Source: Stegostoma tigrinum
Lineage: Eukaryota
Length of the DNA stretch: 64,000 nucleotides
Assembly: GCF_030684315.1 (NCBI RefSeq)
Contig: NC_081397.1
Location: forward strand, 4,960,001-5,024,000
Direction: 5' to 3'
Below are positions 23,277 to 35,940 of this stretch, one piece after another. The position numbers were made by a program, and so were the translations under genes. The notes beneath the pieces are model-generated. The model saw nothing but the letters and a program-made list of their open reading frames with translations, was not told where the DNA came from and did no database searches. How positions within the stretch are numbered: the stretch's first letter is position 1; every line of letters starts with the position of its first letter.

Positions 23277-26200
23277 CTGGAGGAAGACAGAAGAGAGCCC
23301 TCCTGTAAATCACCATCAGCCAACTTTGATAATATTTCATTGATCAATGCAATGTTCAGTTAATAATCATGGCAATATTTCATTTCAAGTCAGGAATCTG
23401 AACAGAATTAGGTGTTTGATGATACTCTTGCTCTGAGCTGCTTCTTTGTCTTGTGATTTTTCTTTTTGTTAATTCCATACCAATTGAGTGAAGTGCAGAC
23501 ACTAAGTGTCCAGATCCACGAATGGGATTACACAATGCGAGTGTGTCTGTGGATATGAGTTTTTGTTGATCTATTCATGTCTCACACCAGCTGAGCCTTT
23601 GTTAAATTACTTATGTATTCACACAGCAGAGACTGGCAGGGACCGATGAGATTCTGCCCTGTGTTTATTTGAGAAGTCAAACTGTACTTGACCGTTGTTT
23701 TCTTTCCCCTTTGTGAATATGAGAATGTCGTTGTCAGTTCTTACCTGATTGTGTGTGATGTGCGAATGTTTGTGTCAGTTTCTGCAAGGTGAGTATACTT
23801 ATCCATCTGTGCCAGTTGTTTTCTGCTATCTGAATGTAGGAGAGTAGGCTTCAATCTTTGCTTCTCAGTTTCTGCTATGTCAACAGGTGAGCTTGGTTTT
23901 TCATCTTTACCTGCAAGTTCCGAGCTTTGAACGTGTGGGTACAATTGTTAACATAATTCTGAATGTTTCTGCTTGTAAAAATGCAACCATATTCATCCAA
24001 TCGTACTTGTCATTTTCAAACAAGTGAATATGAAAATCAGACTGATATCTACATTGTCAGTTTCTGTTCTGTAATTGAGTGTGCTTTTCAGTGTTTAATT
24101 AGTTATTAATTTGTATTATTAATTTAAATGGTTAATTTATTTATTAATTATATTATTAATAATATAATTATTATTACTATGCAGTTACTAATTTGTACCA
24201 ATTTTTCTTGGTTTACAATGTCACGAGAGAGCTGATCTGTACCTGTCAGTTTCTGCTGAGAGTTTATTTATCAAATTGTTCCTGTCAGTTTCTGCTCTGT
24301 CAATCTGAGAGTGCAGTTATTAATCTATACCTGTCAGTTTCTGCAAGGTGAATGAGGGAGTTCTGTTATGAACATACACCATCAGATTCTGCTCAGAGAA
24401 GTGAGAGCAGTTATGCTGCCACCATCAACTTTGCTCTGTAAATCTGATTGCAGTTATTCATCTGCACTTGTCAGTTTCACGTTTGGGCATGTGAGTAATG
24501 TGTTCTCTCCCCAATTGTTTCTTTTCCTTGAATATCAGTTTAGTTATCATCCTGTCCTTGGGGAGGCCAGGGAACTTGGGGAAATAAATATGGATGTCTT
24601 GAAAATAGTCTGCATGACATGAACAGGAGTTGTTAGAGGCAGCAAGAGTAAAAACACAAAGCGGCTGAAACGACAGGACCCAAACAAGTTTTTGTAGATT
24701 TTCAGGATATCAGGATTTTGTGGGAAGCTGTGTTGATAATTTGAACAAATGACATTGTTTTCTTGCTTTCTTGTAATATTTTGAGGGAAGGATCATCCCA
24801 TCCCTGTCACATATTGCAATACAAATGTGTGACTATGGTCATCAAATGTGTACACTCAGTTTCTGTTATGTGAATGTGACAGTGCAGTTATAAATCTCAG
24901 TTTCTGCAGTGATAATGAGAGTGTAATTATCAGTCTGTCAGTTTCTGCTATATCCATATGGGTTTAGTTATTATCAGTACATGTTAGTTTCTGTCATATT
25001 AATGTGACAGTGTCACCAGCCTGCCCCTGACAGTTACTGTACTGAAGGTGCGTGACTGTAGTTACCAAGCTGTAGCTCTCCATTACTGCCATGTGAATGA
25101 GGGTAGTTGTGCACCTACACCTTGGCTTTCTAATGATCAATGTGTGAGTGTCGTTGTCATTTATATACCTGTTTGGATTTGCTTGTCAATCTGAGTTTAG
25201 TTATCGATCTGTACTTGTCAGATTCTGCTGAGAAAATGTATGATTAGTTATCAAACTGTACCTGTCAGTGTAAACAATGTGAAATCGGGAGTTTTATTAT
25301 TAATCTGTTCCTGTCAGTTTTTGCTGTGTGGATATGATAGACGTGTTATCAAAAGTTCAGTCAGTAACTACCATGTGAGCATCGGAGTCTATTTACCGGT
25401 CAGTCCCTGTCCGTTTCAGCTCTGAATCCGAGTGTGCAGTTATTAGTCTGCAACTGGTAGTCTCTGCTACATGACTATTTCAGGACATTCATCAAACTTT
25501 CCCTATCAGGGAGTGAGGGTGCTGTGAATGTGCTTAGCAATTTGGACTTGCCAGTTACGGTATAGAAATGTAAATAACAATTTCTCCTTGTCAGTTTCTG
25601 CTGTATGTGTTAATGAGTGGAGTTAGAAATCTGTACACATGTTTGTACCACACAAATACAGGTACAGATGTGACTCTTTCTCTGTATGTTTCTGCTACGT
25701 GAATACCTAAGCATGGTTATCAATCGGTACTTGCCAGCTGCTGCTTTGTGAATCTGTGAATTTAGTTGTCAGTCCATGCCTGTCAGTTTCTGCTTTAAGA
25801 ATGTATGAGTGCAGTTATCGCTCCATGTATTTGTTTTGAGCAATGGATTGTGTAGAAGCAAAAGGTTTTGTAACTCCAACAGTGCAGAGTCTAACTGGGA
25901 GAAGTTATCAAGGGCTGTTCATAACATCAGATTTTCTGACTGCATAGTAACATAATTCTGTGAATAATGCTGTGGAATAGACAGATGTGGCATTCCTTTC
26001 TTCGAGTCTAAAGGAAAAAGGGCAATGAACAAATCAACTGTATTCAGCTGAATGACCACAATGTTCCTTCTACAGGGAAGGGTATTGGCTAATTCACTTC
26101 ATTATTCTCATGAATATTACATAACCCTGCTCTGTGGCGTGACGGTGCACGGCAGCAGCAATACTCTTATGATGTGCTGTTGTGGGGATGAAGAAAGCAA

Positions 26201-26961
26201 AAGGACTTGTATTTTCTGTCTTACAGTGGAGAAGATTTAAACTTATTGAACATGGTCAAACTCTTTGCCAAAAATAATTGACAAATACAAGATTTAGTTA
26301 CGTGGATCATTCTTGGTGGCTTTAAATGGTGATTACATCATTAATGTGAAGAAACAGCATTCTGTTTTCTGGCTTTTTTTTTGTAATTTCATTTGGAGGG
26401 GCAAGTGACACAAAACTGTTTAACCTAGTCGCCAAATTCACTTCCATGCTTCCCCACCGACGCCACCCTGCCCCCGATCCAAAAAGAAGTTTTGCAAGCC
26501 AGATGGAAAATATGGTTTCTGTTCCTGAAGGTGAACATGTTGAGGATCACATTGTAATGAAGTTGGGGTTGGCAAATCGTATACTGCCATGGCACACTTA
26601 TTGAAATGGAATGCTAGCTGAATGGGATCAGAATTGTCAGGTGCTTGTTTTGGTCTACAATCAACCTGATGGGCTGAAAGGTCTTTTTTCTGTCCTGTAG
26701 ACTCCTCCTCCGCTTATATAAAAAAGCCGTAAACATTTTGTATGTATCCACTTGTTACCTGTAGTGTGTATGGGTATATATTGTTGTTAGTCTTTGTATG
26801 TTATGTGTTCATACAGACAGCATATTTGGGACTCAATGTGAATCAGTCAGCAGCTTTGTGTGTGTGTCTGCATGTGCTCAGTAGTGATTTGCTACTTGCC
26901 AGTAACACTACTTGTCACATGTGGTTGTTGAAACTATGTAACATGATGTCTTTCTTTGAGG

Positions 26962-29945
26962 GGGTAACAAGGTGTAGAGCTCGATGAACAAAGCAGGTCA
27001 GGCAGCAGAGGAACAGGAAAGCTGACATTTTGGGACTGTTAGAAATGGGTGAAGAGAAAGGGACTCTGCAATAAATAGAGAGAAGTGAGGAGATGATAAT
27101 GAAAGGTGGATAAGTACCAGATAGGTGGAGAGAAGATGGACAGGTCAAGGAGGCAGGGCTGGAGCCAGTAAAGGTAAGTGTAGGGAGGGAGTTTGGATGT
27201 GGATTGGTCAGTTGAGGGAAGATGGAGTGGTCAGGGAGGTAGGGATAACACGAGTAGGCCAGAAGTGCAGGTTTGGGTTGGTCAGTGAAGTGGAAGGAGC
27301 AGATTGGTCAGAGAAAAGATGTACAGGTCATGGAGGCAGGGACCTACTGGACGGGTTTGGGGTGGAGAGATTTTGAAGCTCACATTGAGAACATTGGGTT
27401 GCAGGGCTCTCAAGCGCAATATGAGGTGCTGTTTGTGCAGCCTTCTGGTGCAACATTGTGGCAGTAGAGGTAGCGTGGGATGGATATGTTGTCCAAGGAG
27501 TGGGAGGGGGTACTGAAGTGGTTCGCAACTGGGAGTTGCATTTATTTGTCAAGATCAGAGCGTAGGTGTTCAACAAAGCAGTCTCCAAGCCACCGCTTGG
27601 TTTGCCCGATGTCGAGGGGGGCACATCGGGAACAGCGGATACAATGCACCCCATTACCGGACATGTAGATGAACATCTGTTTAATGTGGAAGGTTTTCAT
27701 GGGGCTTGGGATGGGGATAAGGGGAGAGATGTTGGGGCAAGTGTTGCACTTCCTGCTGATGCAGTGAAAAGTGCCAGGGTGGTGGGGCTAGTGGGAGTGT
27801 GGAGTGGACAAGGGAGTCAGAGAGAACAGTACCTCTGGGAGGCAGATAAGGGTCGGGAGGGGAAAAAAGTGTCCGTGGGAGTGGAGTGAGATTGAAGGTG
27901 GCAGAAGTGGTGGAGGTTCATGCCTTGAGTGCAGAGTTTGATGGAGTGATACTTGATGATAAGAGGATATTGTCTTTGTCTTTGAGAGATAATGGGAACT
28001 GCAGATGCTGGAGAATCCAAGATAAAAGTGTGAAGCTGGAAGAACACAGCAGGCCAAGCAGCATCTCAGGAGCACAAAAGCTGACGTTTTGGGCCGAGAC
28101 CCTTCAGACAGGAATGTGGAATAAATAGGGAGCAAGGGGGAGGCAGACCAAAGATGGAGAGAAAAGATGATAGGTGGAGAGGAGAGTATAGGTGGGGAGG
28201 TAGGGAGGGGATAGGTCAGTCCAGGGAAGACGGACAGGTCAAGGAGATGGGATGAGGTTAGTAGATAGGAAATGGAGGTGCGGCTTGAGGAGGGGGTAAG
28301 GGATGGGTGAGAGGAAGAACAGGTTAGGGAGGCAGAGATAGGGTGGGCTGGTTTGGGGAGGCAGTGGGCGAAGGGGAAGACCTGGGCTGCTTTATGGATG
28401 CGGTGGGAGAAGGGGAGATTTTTAAGCTGGTGAAGTCCACATTGGGAACCCTGCATCCCAATGGTGTCAAGAGGAATAGGAGTTGCTGTTCCTGCAACCC
28501 TCAGGTGGCATCATTCTGGCACTGCATGAGGCCCATGATGGACATGTCATCTAAAGAATGGGAGGGGGAGTTAAAATGGTTCATGGCTAGGAGGTGCAGT
28601 TGTTTGTTGCGAACTGAGCAGAGGTGTTCTGCAAAGCAGTCCCCAAGCCTCCGCTTGGTTTCCCCAATGTACAGGAAGCTACACTGGGTACAATGCATAC
28701 AGTATACCACATTGGCAGATGTGCAGGTGAACATCTGCTTAATATGGAAGGTCATCTTGGGGCCTGGGATCGGGGTGAGGGAGGTGTGTGGGCAAGTGTG
28801 GCACTTCCTGCGGTTGCAGGGCAAGGTGCCAGGTGTGGTGGGGTTGGAGGGGAGTGTGGAGCGAACAAGGGAGTCATGGAGACAATGGTCTCTCCGGAAG
28901 GCAGAGAAGGGTGGGGATGGAGAAAGGTCTTGGGTGGTGGGGTCGGATTGTAGGTGGTGGAAGTGTTGGAGGATGATACGTTGTGTCCGGAGCTAGGAGG
29001 GTGGTGTGAGACAACGAGGGGGATCCTCTTGAGGCGGTTGTGGTGGGGGCAGGGTGTGAGGGATGTGTTGCAGGAAATGGAGGAGACGCGGTCAAGGGCA
29101 TTCTCAACCACTGTGGGGGAAGTTTCGGTCCTTGAAGAACTTGGACATCTGGGACGTGCGGGAGTGGAATGCCTTATCCTGGGAGCAGATGCAGCAGAGG
29201 CAGAGGAAATGGGAGTAGGGGATGAAATTTTTGCAGGAGGGTGGGTGGGAGGAGGTGTGTTCTAGGTAGCTGTAGGAGTCGGTGGGCTTGAAATGAACAT
29301 CAGTTTCTCGCTGGTTACCTGAGGGGTCCAGGAAGGTGAGGGATGTGTTGGAGATGGCCCAGGTGAACTTGAGGTTCGGGGTGGAAGGTGTTAGTAGAGT
29401 GGATGAACTGTTTGAGCTCCGTGTGGGAGCAGAAGGCAGCATCGATGCAGTCAGTCATCGATATAATGGTGGAAGTGGGGTGGCGCCAGTGTAGCTGTAA
29501 AAGATAGGCTGGTCCATGTATCCTACAAAGAGACAGGAATAGCTTGGGTCCATGCGGGTACCCATGGTCACCCACTTTGACTGTAGGGAGTTGGGGGGGG
29601 GGGGGTTGAAGGAGAAGATGTGGGTGGTGTCACAGACATCGGTGGGAGTTCCTGGCCTTGGGGAGTGGGGTGGGTGGGTGTAGAAAAGGGAGTTGAGATA
29701 ATTGGAGATAAGTTTGATGGGGCAGGGTCATGCAGAGGCAATGGGTCAACAGGGGCAGTCGGGTTTGTGGATTTTGGGAATGAGGCAGAAACAGTTAACA
29801 TGGCGTTGGGGAAAGATGAGGCTGAAGGCTGTTGGCAGGAGGTTACCTGAGGGGTTGAGGTTGTGGATGGTCTGGGAGATGATGTTTTGGTGATCAGGGC
29901 AGGGTCATGATCAAGGGGGTGGTAGGAGGAGTCTCTCTCTGTCCA
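26962..29945 (-). mobile_element. Nested/tandem Penelope-like elements (RT C-terminus plus GIY-YIG)
   Basis: Minus-strand ORFs with KFTWAISNTSLTFLD, DVHFKPTDS and VVYCMHC...YIGETKRRL. A second PLE end begins at ~27986 inside an older copy. Confidence 0.88.
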
Positions 29946-30251
29946 GTTTGAGGCAAAGTACATTTCCTAAATGTAAACTGGATACAGTTCCTGTTTGAGT
30001 ACTTTCAACAAAGAGTCACCCGTTAACATTTCAAAGATGTGAATGTTGATGGACTATGAATGATGTTAATTGGAACTAGCGGGATGTCAATTGGCAATTG
30101 AAACATTACAAAGAGAAACTTGCCTTTTCTCAGTTGGGATTGGGTGGTTGTTTCCTTGGTCAAGTCTCTGGAAATTGACCTCAATGTAAGTCTGATTCAA
30201 TCCGCTCTGACTATGGGAAAGATATTCTCCATTTTGATCACAGGAACGTGC

Positions 30252-30334
30252 CTGCTGTTAGTTGGAAGCAACTGCACACACTCGGCTTTGTACCGAGGAA
30301 ATATTGCATCAACTGGTTTCTTCAAGTATTTTGC
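30252..30334 (-). other. Putative non-coding exon cassette (83 nt), proximal left arm
   Basis: Minus strand CTCTTCTGTCTTCCTCCAG|...CAGCAG|GCACGT (GC instead of GT at the donor). Confidence 0.4.
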
Positions 30335-30940
30335 CTGGAGGAAGACAGAAGAGATATCTCTCGTAAATCAACATCAGCCAACTTTGACAATATCAAACAG
30401 ATTAACATATTCAGGTACCAGTTATTAGGATGTTTCTTTTCTTGAACTTCACCTCTCAAAGCAGCAGAACTCCAAAAGCTTGTGATTTAAAATAAACCTG
30501 TTGGACCACAACATTGTGTCATGAGAGTTGTGTCTGTTCTTTAAAAGGCATCAATTTAAACACAAGTCTGATTCAATTCTTACATCGAGCTGCTCCTTGG
30601 CTGAGGATTGTGTTTTTAAATATGTAATTCGATACCAAGTGAGTGAGATTCAGAAACTGAGCAATAATTGCACAGCTCCATCTACGGTGCTACCTGAAGA
30701 TGCTACACTGTTGTCACAGCTCATGTTACCAGATCCCAACACACTGACTGTTGAAAGAACAACAGCCGCTATTCCAAATATTTTTCCCGAGACGTATGAT
30801 CTGTTAACTCCAATCTGCGTCCTTTACAGGTCTTCCACTCCACGTCCCACCGCCCAAACCCCGCTCCCGGCAACTCGCAACGAACAGCGTGAAACAGCAG
30901 CCAAACAGTGAATTTGCAGTGTTTAGAAGTCTAAAAGCGA

Positions 30941-31365
30941 CAAGACTGACCCCCAGCAGCTTCTTGCCGCTGTGTCTCCCTCAGCAGGCCCACACACAGC
31001 CCGAGAAAGGCCTCTCTCTCCCCGCCCCCAGGCCGCTCTCTCTCCAAGTTCCGGGACCAGTTCCTGCCCCGCTCGGCCTCTTACCAACAGCCCCCGGTTC
31101 TCCCTGAACTGAGCCCGAATCAATGCCGGTCTCGGAGCCCCCCTCTGTGTCCCGGACTCACATCTCGATGCGCGGCCGGAAGGAGCCTACTGCTCCCTCG
31201 CTTCCGTGGGCGCTGGTCTCTCCATTGCGGCCTGTTTCAAACAAACCTCTTCCACTCACTGAGTAAATGCCCCTCAATGACAGCGCAGGGGGAGGGCCTC
31301 ACGCATGCGCTCCCATGGTCATCAAAAAGCAACATTGGGGGCCGGGCCAGCCTCACGCATGCGCT
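30941..31365 (-). promoter_or_regulatory. CpG-island promoter/first exon, copy A
   Basis: CpG-rich; NRF1-type GCGCATGCGT at 31301-31310 and 31355-31364; downstream donor-like GTGAGT and GTAAGA; inverted near-identical copy at 37918-38287. Confidence 0.65.
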
Positions 31366-31915
31366 GTTAGCCCCATTTTTTTAAAACAGAGTTTGCAGGC
31401 AGCGCGGACCGGACACGGGATCATTGCCTGATCTGTATGTACCATTCAGGAGGGAAGCGCGGGGTTTAATACAGCCCAGGCAAACTGATCAACCGGCTGG
31501 GTAACCGTGGTTAATCAATCTTATCAAACCCGCCAATTTAAACAACTTCAAAGCGATTAATTACAGAATCCCTTTTTTTTTCGGGGCATGTTTAATTTGT
31601 AATTGCAGTTGCTGCCTGAAATGTATTTCGCAGGCAAATGGAAGGAATAACCGTTAAAACATCGCCAGAGATCGTAGCATCAAAGTTAGATAAAATATCA
31701 TTCCTGGAAGGGTTATACTGCAATGTGCGACATTAGTGCCTGGGCAGAATTACAATCCGTGGGAGGAAATAACCAGATGCAGTTCCAGTGACCCTCCCGA
31801 CATGATACCATCCTCATTTTCAGTCTCCGCTCTAGGAAATGTGATATTTGAGTTACTAGAATCAATTCAAATTTATGCTCTGTCTGCACTCGGAACCGGG
31901 ACAGGGATAATTTGA

Positions 31916-32095
31916 CTTATAGACGGAGCTGCAGATGCTGGACAATGTGACATAAGGTGTAGAGTTGGATGGACAGAGCGAGCCGAGCAGCATCAGAGGA
32001 GCAGGAAGAAGGATCTAGGTCCGAAACGTCAGCTTTCCTGCTCCTCTGATGCTGCTTGACCTGTTATGTCCAGCCAGCTCTCCACCTTGTTCTCT
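31916..32095. mobile_element. Palindromic PLE-end element inserted just 3' of the H1 processing signal
   Basis: Inverted arms; 14-bp target duplication CAGGGAT(A/C)ATTTGA at 31902-31915 and 32096-32109; absent at the paralogous site near 62780-62800. Confidence 0.85.
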
Positions 32096-32117
32096 CAGGG
32101 ATCATTTGATCCGGGCT

Positions 32118-32159
32118 CAGCTCTTTCCTGGAGAGATGTGGGTGGCTCTGAGAAGAGCC
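32118..32159 (-). terminator. Histone 3' stem-loop and histone downstream element (HDE) of H1
   Basis: Minus strand GGCTCTTCTCAGAGCC-ACCCA (32144-32159), then CAGGAAAGAGCTG (32118-32130). Confidence 0.93.
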
Positions 32160-32195
32160 TTTGGGTTCAGGTGGTGACACATTACAACGACTGCT

Positions 32196-32834
32196 TCATT
32201 TCTTTGCTGCTTTCTTGGTCACTTTCGCTTTGGCCTTCGCCTTCGTTCTCACCGATTTCGGGGCCGGTTTTGCGGCCTTGGGGCTCTTGGTCTTTTTCAC
32301 CTTCTTCACGGGAGTCTTTTTCTGAGGCGCTGCTTTCTTCGCCGCTTTCTTTGGCGTTGCTGCCTTCTTGGCGGCCGCTTTCTTTCCTGTTGCTTTCTTG
32401 GCTGGGGATTTCTTCGCTGCCACCTTCTTGGCCGTTGTTTTCTTCACAGCTGCTTTCTTGGCGGCTGCTGCGGGTCTCGCCTTCTTTCCCACTTTTGCCT
32501 TGACCTGATTCTTTGGGAGTTTGAAGGAGCCGGAGACGCCCTGGCCCTTCACCAGAACCAGGGAGCCTTTCGCCAGGCACCTCTTGGTAGCCATCCTGAT
32601 CTGTGCATTCTGCTTCTCCACATTGACCCCGCTTCTCTGCAGCGCCTTCTTTATAGCGGCCAGAGACGTCCCCTTCCGATCGCTGTTCTCCCCGACAATC
32701 TTCACAATCCGCTCGCCCAGCCCGGGACCGGCTGGTTTTTTCCTGGGGGCCGCCGCCTTCTTCTTCTTGGGAGCCTTGGGTTTGGTGCTGGCGGAGGCTG
32801 GAGGAGCCGTTTCGGCAGCTGCACTGTCGCTCAT
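32196..32834 (-). CDS. H1: Linker histone H1 (212 aa)
   Basis: MSDSAAAETAPPA N-terminus, globular domain (RKGTSLAAIKKAL...GSLVLVKGQGVSGSFKL), Lys/Ala/Pro-rich tail with SPAK/TPKK motifs; intronless, with stem-loop. Confidence 0.96.
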   Translation of the reverse strand: MSDSAAAETAPPASASTKPKAPKKKKAAAPRKKPAGPGLGERIVKIVGENSDRKGTSLAAIKKALQRSGVNVEKQNAQIRMATKRCLAKGSLVLVKGQGVSGSFKLPKNQVKAKVGKKARPAAAAKKAAVKKTTAKKVAAKKSPAKKATGKKAAAKKAATPKKAAKKAAPQKKTPVKKVKKTKSPKAAKPAPKSVRTKAKAKAKVTKKAAKK

Positions 32835-32980
32835 GTCGGGAACTCTGCGCTGAATCTCTCTCTGTCAGACTGAACTGGGTCAGCAATGAAGCTGCTGGTG
32901 GCGGCACTGAGCAACTTCAAGGCAGCGAGCGGACGGCGCGGAGACAACCTGCCCTCAGCTCCCTGCTCCTGCTGCCTCTC

Positions 32981-32987
32981 TGTGTTT
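32981..32987 (-). promoter_or_regulatory. H1-box (AAACACA)
   Basis: AAACACA on the coding strand ~150 bp upstream of the H1 ATG. Confidence 0.6.
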
Positions 32988-33679
32988 CTCTCTCGGCAGA
33001 AACTCTCCAATTCCTCTGCAATTCCGCATCTCCAGAGAGCCAGGTTCGATCGTTCCTGACCATGACACGGGAAGGTTTGCGGCCAAAAAGTTTTCACTCG
33101 AATTGACGGCTCCGTTGTCGAGTTACACGCATTTTGCTGTTGCACTGATCGCGCTCTCTGAGCTGAGCGCTGGCATTATCCTCACTTTTGGACTGAAATC
33201 TTGAAATCAACAAATACACAGCTTTGAATTCTAGCTTTCGGGTTTAGTGGGGGAGCAGGTGGACAAATGGAATTGAAAATATTTTCGATCTGCACAAGAG
33301 AGATTCGGAAATATCATGATATGAGCGGACAGACAAACACAGTGACGTTAGACTAACCCGCCCGCCCGTCTCCCACAGTCTCTCTGATTCAATATTCACA
33401 TTCACACAGTCACAGGCCAGAAATATGGCCAGATGTAAATGTGGAAGGATATAATTTGTTTTCCTTTCAGCTTTTGCTCGGATATCAGGGAGTTGTTGGA
33501 GATTTTCCCCTCAGTAACTCTTAAACTCTCTGAGGCCGGTTTGCCGGAGATTCGCTCTTCTCCACATTCAGCTGCAAAAGCCAATCATCTGGTTTGAAGT
33601 TATATTGATCACCCAGATCAGTTTTTATTTAATTTTCATTCCGGTGACAATACTCAACATCGGTTCTGGGAGTAATCAG

Positions 33680-35480
33680 ACATAGAAACACATATAATGG
33701 CAACTTGGCCTGACCAATCGGCCCTTCAAACCACTCCTCCAACTCATGAAAATGGCAGGTCATCTAACTCAATAGCCTGTGTCCGTTCTTCTCTCATGTG
33801 GAGTCGTTCAGCAAGGATGCATAACCTTCAGTCCAACCATAACATGCCGAATATAATGCCAAACTGAATTAGTTCCACCTGCCTGTCCCTTACCTGTTTC
33901 CTTTCAAACCTGTCATATTTACCTACTTATCCAAACGCCGTTTCAAGGCTGTATTTGTAGGCACATGGGCCGTTTCCTCAGGAAGTTCATTCCACTTGCA
34001 GCCGGCTCTGTGACAATAAAACCCTCGTGTCTTTTGTTTTAATGTCTCTCCTGTCACTGTAAAAATGTTCACGCCGCTCCTCAATTACCCCCATCCCAGG
34101 CAAAAGACAGCTGCCACTAACTCCGTCTCACCCCCTCATTATTTTATGAACTTCTATAAGCTGACTTTCAACATGCTACACTCGAGTGAAAAATAAACTC
34201 CCAGCCTTTCCATCCTCCCTTTATAACTCGAAAACTACATACTCGGCAATTACTGATGAGCCTCTTTTGAACCGTCTCCACCTTAACACTGTCCTTCCTC
34301 TAACTGGCCCAGTGGCCTCACCCAATGCCCTGTGTAACGTCAATGTGATTGTCACCTCCTAAACTCAAAGGACTCAGCAGTGAAGGAAAGCGTGCCAAAC
34401 ACCTTCTTCGCCTTCCTGTTGAGGTGTGATGCAGACTGAAAAGAATTCTCGGCCCTTCTGTTCTGCAACACTACCCATTAATTGTACAAGGCCTACACTT
34501 GTATGTTGCACCAAAATGCAAAACCTCACAGTTATCCAGTTGAGCGCCATTTTGCAGCCCAACCGATTGGATCAGGATCCCTTTGCAATCTCAGAAAACC
34601 TTCTCCACTCACTGTGCTACTAACTTTGCCAGCATTCACAAACGTGCTTACCATGCCTTCTATATTCTGATTCCAATCATTTTTATAAATGGCAAACAAA
34701 AACAGAGCCAGTACCAATCCCTGTGGAAACCACTGGTGACAGGCCCCCAGGGTTAAAAACAAACAGCCCTCCACCTCACTCTCTCTCTATTGCCATTAAG
34801 CCAATTATAACTAGATTCCCTTTAGTCACAATTGCTACACCCTATAACATTTTGAAATCATATATACTGTGTTGGATGTAGCTGATTTCTGCAGTTGAGA
34901 ATTCCAGAGGCATACCGTTCTCTGTATGAAGAAATCTCTCACTTTCTCAGCCCTAAATGCCCTATCCCATCTCTGAAAAATGTCATTCACACCTTCAGGA
35001 ATATTTTTCCAGCATTTACATTGTTTATGTCTGCCAGTTTCTTACAGATTTCGAGAAAATCCCTCATTATTCAGAATCTAAGTATGTAAGTTCACAAACA
35101 ATTCAATCTCTCCTTCCATCCCAGCAATCTGCCCACTAATGCTACCTTTATAGTAACACCATCCTTCCACAGATAAGGAGGCCACACCTGCTGTCAGTAT
35201 TCTCGATGTTGTCTCACAGATGCTCTGTTAAATTGTTCCAATTTCTACTTTTCTCCTGTACTCTAATTCTCTCTCCATGAAGGAAAACATACCTGTTGCC
35301 TTTCTCACTGCCTTCTACACCGACATGCTTAATTTCAGTGATTGATTTGTGAGGGCACCCTGGTCTCATTGCAAATTCCACTGTGTTCATTTATCGACGT
35401 CCAGAAAATAAAGTGCCTTCCTTTTATTTTGCAACCAATGTGTATAACCTTACATTTATGCACATTACACAGTGCCTTCC
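33680..35480 (-). mobile_element. Degenerate CR1 LINE fragments
   Basis: ORF 34532-34774(-) PQGLVLALFLFAIYKND...RLQRD plus decayed CR1 3' sequence. Confidence 0.65.
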
Positions 35481-35499
35481 TGGGTGAAATTGAGGACAC

Positions 35500-35940
35500 A
35501 GTAATGAGAAGGGGAGTTGAACTGGTCGCGACTGGGAGGTGCAGTTGTTTACTGCGAGCGTAGATGTTCTGCAAAGCAGTTCCCAAGCCTTCGCTTGGTT
35601 TCCCCAATGTACAGAAAGCCACACCGTGTACAGCGGATGCAGTACACCACATTGGCGGACATGCAGGTGAACATCTGCTTGATGTGAAAAGTCAACTTGG
35701 GGCCTGGGATGGGAGTGAAGGAAGAGGTGTGGGGGCAAGTGTAGCTTGTGTAGCAAGTGTAGCAAGTGCAACCACTTCCTGTGGTTGCAGGGCGTGGTGG
35801 GATTGGACAAGCAAGTCATGGAGAGAGTGGTCTCTCCAGAAGGCATGCAAGGGTAGGGTGGGAAAAATGTCTTTGGTGGCTGAGTCGGATTGTAGATGGC
35901 AGAAGTGTCGCATTGTATTGGAGGTTGGTGGGGTGGTAAT
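35500..35940 (-). mobile_element. PLE GIY-YIG fragment
   Basis: Nucleotide match to the GIY-YIG region of other PLE copies; ORF 35692-35946(-) RHFCHLQSD...PLHAFWRDHSLHD. Confidence 0.8.

Larger units (their letters stand above)
21400..25830 (-). repeat. Degenerate ~45-50 bp satellite, left arm (interrupted)
   Basis: Recurring AGTTATCAATCTGTACCTGTCAGTTTCTGCT; CTGTCAGTTTCTGC cores at 24243, 24282 and 24331. Confidence 0.85.

Noticed and set aside
24095-24190. AT-only low-complexity patch (another near 43680-43730)
   Set aside because: No clear unit or homology; cannot be distinguished from slippage-derived sequence.
31916-32095. Hammerheads acting in histone mRNA 3' cleavage at H1 or H2B
   Set aside because: In both insertions the ribozyme remnant is antisense to the histone transcript and has core mutations.
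32066-32907. Overlapping and antisense ORFs across H1 (and similarly across the core histones)
   Set aside because: Expected by-products of GC-rich, biased codon usage; no independent signals.
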